In this document: one piece after another, positions 1 to 8,244 of the stretch
Position numbering within the stretch: the stretch's first letter is position 1
Layout: the number at the start of each line of letters is the position of its first letter
From: an uncultured Pseudomonadota bacterium
Lineage (GTDB): Bacteria > Babelota > Babeliae > Babelales > CAZZPM01
Assembly: GCA_964655535.1 (NCBI GenBank)
Contig: CAZZPM010000002.1
Coordinates: 1 to 44,272, forward strand
Direction of reading: 5' to 3'
DNA: 44,272 nucleotides
The notes under the pieces: generated by a model
What the model saw: the letters and a program-made list of their open reading frames with translations, nothing else
Database searches by the model: none
Told to the model about the DNA's origin: nothing
Made by a program: the position numbers and the translations under genes

Positions 1-732
1 AAGTGACGGCAAAATTGTCGCCAGTCGTCGCGCCAACATTGTTTTTCCTGCACCTGGAGGCCCAATAAAAAGAACATTATGTCCACCCGTTGCGGCAAGT
101 TCAAGCGCTTTTTTTGCATACACCTGCCCCTTAACTTGACTAAAATCAAGCGCTTCAAGCGCACGCTGACGCCCTACTTCTTGAGCAAATGATGAAGGAG
201 TCGGCTCAATGATAATTTCGCCCCGCAAATATCCAACCAATTCTGTTAATGACCTGACACCGATCACCTCAATCCCTTCAATTAAACAGGCCTCACGGAC
301 GTTCTCAAAAGGAACGATAATTCTTTTCTTTCCCATTAATTTTGCACCATGCGTAATCGCCAAAACACCCAAAACTGATCGGATGTCGCCATTTAATGAA
401 AGCTCACCTAAAAACAATGTTTCGTCCCAGAACGTGAATGAACAGGGTAAAAGTCGTGCTGCAGCCATCATTGCAATTGCAATCGGCACATCAAACAGCA
501 CATCTTCTTTTTTAAGGTGTGCTGGAGCCAAGTTGACCGTAATTAATCGATCAGGAATCTTGATACCACTATTTTTAAGTGCTGCTTTAATTCGATCTTT
601 ACTCTCTCTGATCGCTTTATCTGGCAAGCCAACAATATAAAAATTCATAATTCCAAGCGAAAGATCAACTTCAACTTCAACCAGATGCGCTGCAATACCG
701 ATCGTTGTTGCAGAAAAAATTTTTGCATGCAT
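1..732 (-). CDS. comM: Mg-chelatase-like ATPase ComM/YifB, N-terminal part (the 3' end of the gene runs off the window)
   Basis: Reverse translation from 732 reads [24 protein letters not shown]..., the typical ComM Lon-like N-terminal domain. Further in there is a Walker [12 protein letters not shown], near nt 40-70. The ORF stays open to the window edge, so it is missing from the ORF track. Confidence 0.85.
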   Translation of the reverse strand, partial: MHAKIFSATTIGIAAHLVEVEVDLSLGIMNFYIVGLPDKAIRESKDRIKAALKNSGIKIPDRLITVNLAPAHLKKEDVLFDVPIAIAMMAAARLLPCSFTFWDETLFLGELSLNGDIRSVLGVLAITHGAKLMGKKRIIVPFENVREACLIEGIEVIGVRSLTELVGYLRGEIIIEPTPSSFAQEVGRQRALEALDFSQVKGQVYAKKALELAATGGHNVLFIGPPGAGKTMLARRLATILPSL

Positions 733-762
733 GTTTATATCCTTGTACACTAAAAAACCCCA

Positions 763-850
763 GGCAATAAAAAACATCATAATCCTACGCTTTTATCAAC
801 TTTTTTCAAATCAGCAAAAAATATGCTGATTTTTATCGTTTTTTATTGCC
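763..850. repeat. Nested inverted repeats in the divergent comM / AAA+ intergenic region
   Basis: The outer perfect 13-bp inverted repeat is GGCAATAAAAAAC (763-775) paired with GTTTTTTATTGCC (838-850). The inner perfect 9-bp inverted repeat is AAATCAGCA (808-816) paired with TGCTGATTT (824-832). Confidence 0.5.
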
Positions 851-1009
851 AAAAAATCATTTTAAGACTTTTTATGCCTTTTTTGCTGGCCTGGCTTTGT
901 CATTTTGTTTTTTTTACAGTAGCATTAAAGTATAGACAAAATAGAATTAAAAGCGGGCTTACAAGCCTTATTTTATAATGATCGATATTTATTAAAAGGA
1001 GTGATACTT

Positions 1010-2599
1010 ATGATATTCAAACAAAAAACAAAATTAAGTGCTTTAGCACTGACGTGTATGATGCTCTGTTCAAGCAATGTGTGGAGTGCACAAGAATCTG
1101 AAGCAAGAAGTAATATGCCAGATAAGGATTCATATGAGACAAAAACAAACAAAGATTTTGTATCTTATTTATGGAGGGAGCTTATCAAGAGTGATCAGAC
1201 AGCTTTAATTCATAACATTAACAATGCGACTGATCCACTAGCTTGGAATGGAAAAATTAAAGCATCTATTCTTCAAGACAGAGAAAAATCACAATTCTTC
1301 GATCAAGCAATTAAAACATTTACAGCTGAAGATTTTCAAAAAGAAGAAAACAAATTGACAGTAGAAGAATGTCTAACACACTTACAATCTTCAGCTGCAA
1401 CACTATACTCTGCTGTCAGGGACTATTATATGAATGTTAATCCAGACACATATCAGCATGAAAATTCTAATTGGAAGCCATGGGAACAAAAATATACTAC
1501 ACGCAATAATCAAAACGAAGTAGAATCTAAACAAGCCATAAAAAATGGATCTGAGCGAATAAAGGAAGCTATTAACCTAGATATGCAAAGTCGTCAAATA
1601 TGGGAAAATACTAAAGGTTATGTATGGCCAACTTCAATAGGTGTTGCTCTTGGAGCAGGATTTATTTTCTTTGCAAAAAATATATTTGAATATTGGAAAG
1701 AAAAAGCAATAATTCCTCCTTTTGTTGACGACACTAATGACGTCGGAACTTTTTCAGGCATTACGAGCTGGTTTACCGGCGATGCATCAGGAACCTATGT
1801 CCCAAATCGTGATAAATTATTTTTTAATAAAACACAAGAATCAATTATTAACGCAGTTACCTTAGACCACTTAAAAGCAATGGAATATAATTTACCATCA
1901 CCACATTATTTATTCTATGGTCCAGCAGGAACGGGTAAAACCACGCTTGCTCGACAATTGGCTTATAACACTGATTCTTATTATTATTTGATTAAAGCGA
2001 GTGCGTTTTTGGACAAAGAAGGGCCGCGTCAATTTAGACAATTGATGCGTCGTGTTCGTTCTGTCGGCAATCGACCCATCATCGTTGTTGACGAAGCAGA
2101 TAGTTTAATTGGCTACAGTTCAGAATTAAAAGGTCGTGCTCTCACGATTTTTAATGACTTGTTGACCGAACTTGGTGATACCAATAACCGTGTTTGTACG
2201 TTTATTTTCACCACCAACTTGCCTGATCGTATCGATCCTCGCATGATGGACCGACTTGAAAAAGTACAATTCATTAATCCTGATATTCCAACACGAACAA
2301 AAATTATTAGTAATAAATTTAAATATTACTTCCAAAAAGATCTTGGTGAACTTGATCCAATCGAATACGACCAATTAACTCCAGATGTTATCAATCTTGC
2401 TGCGCAAGCAACAAAAGATTGGTCATGTCGTGCGTACAGTAAATTTACTGAATCACTCCGTCGTATATTGATCAATAAAGATAACTTTACTTGTACACCA
2501 AAAGATTTATTTGATCACATTGCATTTTTCAATGAACGAAATAAAGCTGATGAAGCTGCAAAAATTGCATTGAGACAACAGTACGGACAAAAAAAATAA
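1010..2599 (+). CDS. Membrane-anchored classic-clade AAA+ ATPase with a signal peptide, an exported helical N-domain and one TM segment (ATAD3/BCS1-like architecture)
   Basis: AGGAG at 997-1001 lies 8 nt before ATG 1010; the track start at 1001 is a GTG. The signal peptide reads MIFKQKTKLSALALTCMMLCSSNVWSAQ, and the TM segment is WPTSIGVALGAGFIFFAKNIF. Walker A is GPAGTGKTT and Walker B is IIVVDEADS, followed by TNLPDRIDPRMMDR. Confidence 0.8.
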   Translation: MIFKQKTKLSALALTCMMLCSSNVWSAQESEARSNMPDKDSYETKTNKDFVSYLWRELIKSDQTALIHNINNATDPLAWNGKIKASILQDREKSQFFDQAIKTFTAEDFQKEENKLTVEECLTHLQSSAATLYSAVRDYYMNVNPDTYQHENSNWKPWEQKYTTRNNQNEVESKQAIKNGSERIKEAINLDMQSRQIWENTKGYVWPTSIGVALGAGFIFFAKNIFEYWKEKAIIPPFVDDTNDVGTFSGITSWFTGDASGTYVPNRDKLFFNKTQESIINAVTLDHLKAMEYNLPSPHYLFYGPAGTGKTTLARQLAYNTDSYYYLIKASAFLDKEGPRQFRQLMRRVRSVGNRPIIVVDEADSLIGYSSELKGRALTIFNDLLTELGDTNNRVCTFIFTTNLPDRIDPRMMDRLEKVQFINPDIPTRTKIISNKFKYYFQKDLGELDPIEYDQLTPDVINLAAQATKDWSCRAYSKFTESLRRILINKDNFTCTPKDLFDHIAFFNERNKADEAAKIALRQQYGQKK

Positions 2600-2620
2600 T
2601 TACTTAAAATATAGAGATTT

Positions 2621-2658
2621 AAAAAAAGGGCGTAGCCGATCTGGTTATGCCCTTTTTT
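2621..2658. terminator. Bidirectional rho-independent terminator between convergent genes
   Basis: An A7 run precedes the stem GGGCGTAGCC / GGTTATGCCC (about 10 bp including G-U pairs, loop GATCT), and a T6 run follows. It lies between the stop codons at 2599 (+) and 2674 (-). Confidence 0.7.
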
Positions 2659-2673
2659 CATGAAACTCTTTGA

Positions 2674-4263
2674 CTATTTTTTTAATACTTCGATCTTAAA
2701 ATCACCAATATTTTTTTCTTGTGTATCAAATGAAATGCCGATCAAAGTAATCGGTCGTGAGTCTTGTTGATATTGTTCAAAGTATTTTTTGGTTTTGATC
2801 TGTTCAAGCGCTTTTGAAGCGTCAGCATTCAGTTTAAATTCAATAATGTAGATGAATTTTTCTGTTTTAATGAGTGCATCAATGCGACCGATATTTGTTG
2901 CGACTTCAACATCGATTTTAATGCCGAGCAAAGTCAAAATAATATAAAAAATGGTTTGGTAATATTTTTCATATTCCATTTGAATCGTGTACGGAATAGC
3001 AGCGTAAAATGACTTTAAAGTATCGATAAACAGAGATACATCATTATTGTTGAGCGATGTGCGCAGTTTAAATGAATGAGAATTAATTTTCCCCTCTTGC
3101 ACGTGAGAAAGCCAGACAAGTATTCGTTCTAAAAATGCTTCTTTGACTTCAATATTAGGATAATTGAGAATAAAATTTTTTGTATCTGTATCATAATTCT
3201 TAATGGTCAAATATCCTGTTTGATATAATAAAGTATTAAGAGGCAGCGTCTCTGGTTCAAATGATCCAAGCTCACTTTCAGATATTTCCAGTTCATCAAA
3301 TGATTCAACAGGATAATTATTTCTTTTAAATAAATTGATCAAAAAAGTCGGTGTCCCCGATTCAAACCAATAATATTCAAAGGTCGGATTATGTAAGTTG
3401 TGCATCATTGAATAAGGATTATAAACACGAGGAAGATCAATTTGTGGTCTACCTACTGCTGCATTTTTCCAAAATCGATACCCATTATAATATAACTTTG
3501 TCTGCTCTTTAAACTCGTCTAGACTTTTGCCACTATCTTGCGCTGCAACACTCATATGCTCTGCTAACGTCGTATTGAGTTCTTCATCAGTGTAACCAAC
3601 TAAATGGGCAAATGTAGGATCCATGGAAATATCTTGAATTTGATTAAAACCAGAAAATAAATTGGTCTTTGAAAAGCGACTGATGCCGGTCACAAACAGA
3701 AATTGTATTGATTCAGAACGTGCTTTGATACAGGTGTAAAAATTTTGAACAATTGATTGCATCTGCTTTAATGAATCAGGATTTTTCAGATGATGCAAAA
3801 TCGGTCGATCGTATTCATCGATGATCAGTGCTATTTTTTTATTATCATATTTTTTTGTTAAGGCAAGCATAACATCTTTAAGCATCGTTCCAGGATTGGT
3901 CATTTCAGGTTCAATTAAAGATTCAAGAGTTGCAATTCGTTTGATTTCAAGCATTAAACTTTGATTAAATAGTTCAGGTGTTTGAATATTTATTTCGCCA
4001 AAATCAATATGAATAACCGGGTGCACAGGAAAAGCATAATCGGTGTTTTTAGTTATCCAAAGATCTTCAAAGAGTTCTTTTTTTCCTTGAAATAATGCTT
4101 TGAGCGTTGAACATAAAATTGACTTTCCAAAACGACGCGGACGAGCAAAGAAATAATAATAGCCCTGAATCATTCGATAAATATGTTCAGTTTTATCAAC
4201 ATAAACACAATTATCTTCTCTTAATTGCACAAAAGACTGGAGCCCCAATGGTAATTTTTTCAT
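2674..4263 (-). CDS. Predicted AAA-ATPase_like N-domain fused to a PD-(D/E)XK nuclease-fold C-domain (PF09820/PF08011-type architecture)
   Basis: The N-terminus MKKLPLGLQSFVQLREDNCVYVDKTEHIY...FARPRRFGKS is the hallmark of this family. LIIDEYD is Walker-B-like. The C-terminus GRIDALIKT...IYIIEFKL gives a D...ExK nuclease motif. I prefer the start at MKK (4263) over the track start at 4287. Confidence 0.8.
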   Translation of the reverse strand: MKKLPLGLQSFVQLREDNCVYVDKTEHIYRMIQGYYYFFARPRRFGKSILCSTLKALFQGKKELFEDLWITKNTDYAFPVHPVIHIDFGEINIQTPELFNQSLMLEIKRIATLESLIEPEMTNPGTMLKDVMLALTKKYDNKKIALIIDEYDRPILHHLKNPDSLKQMQSIVQNFYTCIKARSESIQFLFVTGISRFSKTNLFSGFNQIQDISMDPTFAHLVGYTDEELNTTLAEHMSVAAQDSGKSLDEFKEQTKLYYNGYRFWKNAAVGRPQIDLPRVYNPYSMMHNLHNPTFEYYWFESGTPTFLINLFKRNNYPVESFDELEISESELGSFEPETLPLNTLLYQTGYLTIKNYDTDTKNFILNYPNIEVKEAFLERILVWLSHVQEGKINSHSFKLRTSLNNNDVSLFIDTLKSFYAAIPYTIQMEYEKYYQTIFYIILTLLGIKIDVEVATNIGRIDALIKTEKFIYIIEFKLNADASKALEQIKTKKYFEQYQQDSRPITLIGISFDTQEKNIGDFKIEVLKK

Positions 4264-4461
4264 ACAATATCTTTCACATAAAAACAATTATCAAAAATCT
4301 TAATATCACTTAGTCTATCATGCAAAAAAAAGCATGACTAGACTTTCATTTTTCATTAACTAACAGAATATTAACAACCTCAAGTTCCCCAAAAAAAGAT
4401 TATCTTTGACCTTTTTTGATTTTTATGCAAAAATATTGGTATAAAAAAAGGGGAACAATAC

Positions 4462-5685
4462 ATGATGTCGACACAAAAACCTCGCATCGCCATTTTGACC
4501 ATTCATCCTCTCAATTACGGAGGAGTCTTAACAGTTCTTAAAATCGTTCACCATTTCTGTACTCGTTTTTTTGAGCCGACACTTTTTTTTCCTTCCTTTG
4601 ATGTGGATCTTTGCCGTTCATTAAAACATCCCTTCAAGAGACCATCAATAAAAAAAACTGAGTACTTTGGAATGCAATCGATTGAAATGGGAACCGCATG
4701 GTCAATCTGGGAGCCGGGGCATTATCAATACACCATCAATCTGTGGCAAGAAGCACTCAAAGATTTTGATTACTTTTTTGTCGTGAGTGGAACCGTTATT
4801 GCAGCGCACCCACTTGCACTACTCAAAAAAAAATATGTTTTGTGGGCAGCAACATCATACGATGAAGATCGAGCGATTAGAAAAAACAGTTTTTCATTGC
4901 CTCATAAACTTATCGACAGACTCGCGCACTCAAAAATGCTTGCTATCGAAAAACAGATCCTCAAGACAGCGAACGCAATCGGTGCCATGAGCGCCTACAC
5001 ACAACGTACTTTTGAAGAAATTCGCGTCACGCACATTCCAAAAATACGCTATATTGGAGTCCCGGTAAAACCAATTGAATCATTGCCACACAAAGCACCA
5101 AATCCAGAAAAAATTATTATTGCAGTTGGCCGCTTTGATGATCCTCGTAAAAATGCTGAACTTCTTTTTTCTGCCTTTGCAATAATATATGCACATGATC
5201 GAAATACACGCCTTGTAATCATTGGCAATCAACCTGAAAAATATTTGATCGAAAAATATAAAGATTCTCCTTCTTTTGATGCTATCACCATGACGGGACA
5301 TATTTCTGACAAAGAACTCAATGCATGGTACTTACAAGCTGATCTTCTTTTAATCACGTCACATCAAGAAGGACTGGGTATTATTGGACTTGAAGCAATG
5401 GCTCATGGAATTCCTGTGGTCAGTACCGATTGTGGCGGCCCTCGAGATTTTGTATATTCAAATAAAAATGGCTTTCTCGTCCCTCTTCATGATCCAAAAA
5501 GCATGGCACACGCCGCACTGAAAATTCTTACCGATGATACGCTTGCTCAAACAATGCGTAAAAATGCCTATGAATATGTACAAAATAATGCCTCTTACAA
5601 AAAAACAGACCAGCTTTTTCAACGCATGTTATCTGATGTGTATCCTGAACTTGCAAACCTTTTTATTCAAGAGATTTTACCATGA
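4462..5685 (+). CDS. Glycosyltransferase, GT4 (GT-B fold) family
   Basis: The C-terminal motif SHQEGLGIIGLEAMAHGIPVVSTDCGGPRDFV is the typical EX7E region of GT4 enzymes. GGGGA lies 7 nt upstream of the ATG. Confidence 0.85.
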   Translation: MMSTQKPRIAILTIHPLNYGGVLTVLKIVHHFCTRFFEPTLFFPSFDVDLCRSLKHPFKRPSIKKTEYFGMQSIEMGTAWSIWEPGHYQYTINLWQEALKDFDYFFVVSGTVIAAHPLALLKKKYVLWAATSYDEDRAIRKNSFSLPHKLIDRLAHSKMLAIEKQILKTANAIGAMSAYTQRTFEEIRVTHIPKIRYIGVPVKPIESLPHKAPNPEKIIIAVGRFDDPRKNAELLFSAFAIIYAHDRNTRLVIIGNQPEKYLIEKYKDSPSFDAITMTGHISDKELNAWYLQADLLLITSHQEGLGIIGLEAMAHGIPVVSTDCGGPRDFVYSNKNGFLVPLHDPKSMAHAALKILTDDTLAQTMRKNAYEYVQNNASYKKTDQLFQRMLSDVYPELANLFIQEILP

Positions 5686-6815
5686 ATATATTAATTATTG
5701 GTCATGCATACATCGCGCCTATCAATCAAGAAAAATGGAAAACTTTTGCACGACTTAATCCTGATGATCAAATTACCGTTGTTTTTCCTCAACGATGGCA
5801 TGATAATCTTTTTTCCCTTGAAAATGATCGAACAAACAATGCAAGCAATTGTACTTTTATAGGACTTCCTGCTACGCACACCACGCAAGAAATTAAATAT
5901 CGCTATAAAACAAAAGATTTAATCAACATTTTGCGCATAACAAAACCAAATGTTTTGTATGTTGAACAAGGTGATTATGCACTGAGCTACTTTCATATCA
6001 TCATGCTCAGTATTTTTTTTGCTCCCCGCGCCAAACGACTTTTTTTTACCTGGGTCAACTGGAAACCAGATGTTTCACTCAAGCATCGACTTTTTTTTGG
6101 CACGATTGGCAAAATCAATCGTTTTTTCTCGCACGGCGCGATTGTAGGCAATTATGATGCACAAGTAATCCTTGAAGAAAAACGCTTCAAAAAACCAATC
6201 CTCGTTCTTCCTCAACTAGGAATTGATGTGCACATGCCCCACGAATCAGCTCCCCATACTAAATACTCTATCGGATTTGTTGGCCGTCTTGTTGATGAAA
6301 AAGGAATCTTTGATCTGCTCCATGCTTTTTATTCAATCTATAAAAAACATGCTGACTGGAAACTTGTTTTTGTAGGAACGGGTCCTGCAAAAGATGATTT
6401 AATCAAAACTATTGATGAACTTTCATTACAAAAAGTAGTTGAAATCAAAGAACCAGTCCCTCATGAAGAAATTTTTTCTCTCCTTAAAACCATTGATATT
6501 TTAGTACTCCCTTCATATGATATTCCAACATGGCGCGAACAATTTGGTCATATTATCATTGAAGCAATGGCACTTAAAATTCCTATTATTGGAAGCACAG
6601 GCGGAGAGATTCCTAATGTTATCGGCAATGCAGGTTGCATCTTTACCCAAAGAAATATTTCTGATTTATCAATGAAAATGCATCTGCTTATGAAAGACCC
6701 TGAACTACGAAAAAGCATGGGAGAAAAAGGATTTGAACGCGTTAAACAAGAATATTCACATGAAGTGATTGCTCATAAAAGTAAAAAATTTTTAACACAA
6801 CTTCTGTCACAATAA
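5682..6815 (+). CDS. Glycosyltransferase, GT4 family
   Basis: An ATGA start/stop overlap with the upstream GT indicates translational coupling. The motif is REQFGHIIIEAMALKIPIIGSTGGEIPNVIG. Confidence 0.85.
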   Translation: MNILIIGHAYIAPINQEKWKTFARLNPDDQITVVFPQRWHDNLFSLENDRTNNASNCTFIGLPATHTTQEIKYRYKTKDLINILRITKPNVLYVEQGDYALSYFHIIMLSIFFAPRAKRLFFTWVNWKPDVSLKHRLFFGTIGKINRFFSHGAIVGNYDAQVILEEKRFKKPILVLPQLGIDVHMPHESAPHTKYSIGFVGRLVDEKGIFDLLHAFYSIYKKHADWKLVFVGTGPAKDDLIKTIDELSLQKVVEIKEPVPHEEIFSLLKTIDILVLPSYDIPTWREQFGHIIIEAMALKIPIIGSTGGEIPNVIGNAGCIFTQRNISDLSMKMHLLMKDPELRKSMGEKGFERVKQEYSHEVIAHKSKKFLTQLLSQ

Positions 6816-6843
6816 AAATTCAGAATCAAAAAAGGAAATGGAT

Positions 6844-8226
6844 ATGAAGATTATTGTTGTAGGCGCTGGCTATGTTGGATTAGTAACCGGTGCATGCTTT
6901 GCAAAAAAAGGTAACCACGTAACCATTGTTGAACAAAATGAAGACAAAATACGTGCACTTGAAATGGGTAAGATTCCTTTTTATGAACCCGGCCTTGATC
7001 AATATGTTACAGAAGGCATCAAACATAATCTTTTACAATTTTCAAATGATCTCGCAGAAACATTAAAAACACAAAAATATGATATTATTTTTTTATGCGT
7101 TGGAACACCGTCACTGGCAAACGGTGACCCTGACATGAGCGCAGTCTGGAAAGTTATTCATTGCATTGGTCAAAATCTTATGCATAATTGCATCATCGTT
7201 AATAAATCAACGGTGCCTGTTGGAACAGCACGCAAAGCGACTACATTACTTAATGAAATTTTAGCAACACGCACTATTGCAGTCACTGCAACAATTGCCT
7301 CAAATCCAGAATTTTTACGCGAAGGAAGTGCACTTCTTGATTTTATGCAAGCAGATCGTGTGGTCTGTGGCGTTGAATCAGACGAAGCAAAAGAAATTTT
7401 ATATGCACTCTATAAACCATTCGTTGAAAAACCAGCCGACATCATCGACATGAATTTCGAATCGGCTGAACTTACTAAATATGCTGCCAATGGCATGCTC
7501 GCAACACGGATCAGTTTTATCAATGAGCTTGCACGACTTGCAGATGCAGTCAAAGCAGATATTGTTGATATCAAAAAAGGCATGGGATCTGACAAACGAA
7601 TTGGATCGGCTTTTTTAAATCCTGGCGTTGGTTATGGCGGCAGCTGCTTTCCCAAAGATATTGATGCACTCATCAGCACTGGAACACAATACAAACAAGA
7701 AATGACTTTAATGCGCCAAGTAAAAAAAGTAAACGACACACAAAAACAATGGTTCATTGACTCAATTTTTAATTTTTATGGGCATGACATTTTAAACAAA
7801 ACAATCGGCATTTGGGGACTTTCATTTAAACCAGAAACTGATGATATTCGTTCAGCTCCTTCACTTGATTTAATTAATGCATTAATCGAAGATGATATAA
7901 AAATTATTGCCTATGATCCTGCTGCCATGATGCATGTTAAAGAATTATATAAAGATAAAGTTCGCTTTGTAAAACATAAACAAGATCTTTTGGCACAGGT
8001 TGACGCACTCGTCATCATGACCGAATGGCAAGAATTTATTGATACCAATCTTGAAGATTTTACCCATATCAAAGATCGCGTTATTTTTGATGGCAGAAAC
8101 TGCTTTGATCCGATTGAACTTCACATGCATAATCTTACGTATTTTTGCGTTGGTAGAAATGTATACTCACCTGAATGGCATGAAAAATCGATAGAAAAAC
8201 GAGCTGAATATCTCGAACAAATATAA
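6844..8226 (+). CDS. ugd: UDP-glucose 6-dehydrogenase
   Basis: MKIIVVGAGYVGLVTGACFA is the Rossmann motif. IPFYEPGLD and the catalytic GGSCFPKD are present. AGGAA at 6833-6837 favours ATG 6844 over ATG 6838. Confidence 0.9.
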   Translation: MKIIVVGAGYVGLVTGACFAKKGNHVTIVEQNEDKIRALEMGKIPFYEPGLDQYVTEGIKHNLLQFSNDLAETLKTQKYDIIFLCVGTPSLANGDPDMSAVWKVIHCIGQNLMHNCIIVNKSTVPVGTARKATTLLNEILATRTIAVTATIASNPEFLREGSALLDFMQADRVVCGVESDEAKEILYALYKPFVEKPADIIDMNFESAELTKYAANGMLATRISFINELARLADAVKADIVDIKKGMGSDKRIGSAFLNPGVGYGGSCFPKDIDALISTGTQYKQEMTLMRQVKKVNDTQKQWFIDSIFNFYGHDILNKTIGIWGLSFKPETDDIRSAPSLDLINALIEDDIKIIAYDPAAMMHVKELYKDKVRFVKHKQDLLAQVDALVIMTEWQEFIDTNLEDFTHIKDRVIFDGRNCFDPIELHMHNLTYFCVGRNVYSPEWHEKSIEKRAEYLEQI

Positions 8227-8244
8227 CAATAACGAAAGCAAAAT

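Noticed and set aside
209-640. A 143-aa plus-strand ORF.
   Set aside because: It lies entirely antisense to the well-supported comM coding frame. It has a low-complexity Ser/Ile/Ala composition and no RBS.
823-978. A 51-aa very hydrophobic sORF (MLIFIVFYCQKIILRLFMPFLLAWLCHFVFF...) just upstream of the AAA+ gene.
   Set aside because: It has no Shine-Dalgarno sequence. T-rich spacer DNA gives Phe/Leu/Ile ORFs by chance, and it overlaps the inverted-repeat element.
4312-4344. An imperfect palindrome, AGTCTATCATGC-A8-GCATGACTAGACT, in the divergent promoter region.
   Set aside because: It has one indel in the arms and occurs once. It could be an operator, but there is nothing to distinguish it from chance in AT-rich DNA.
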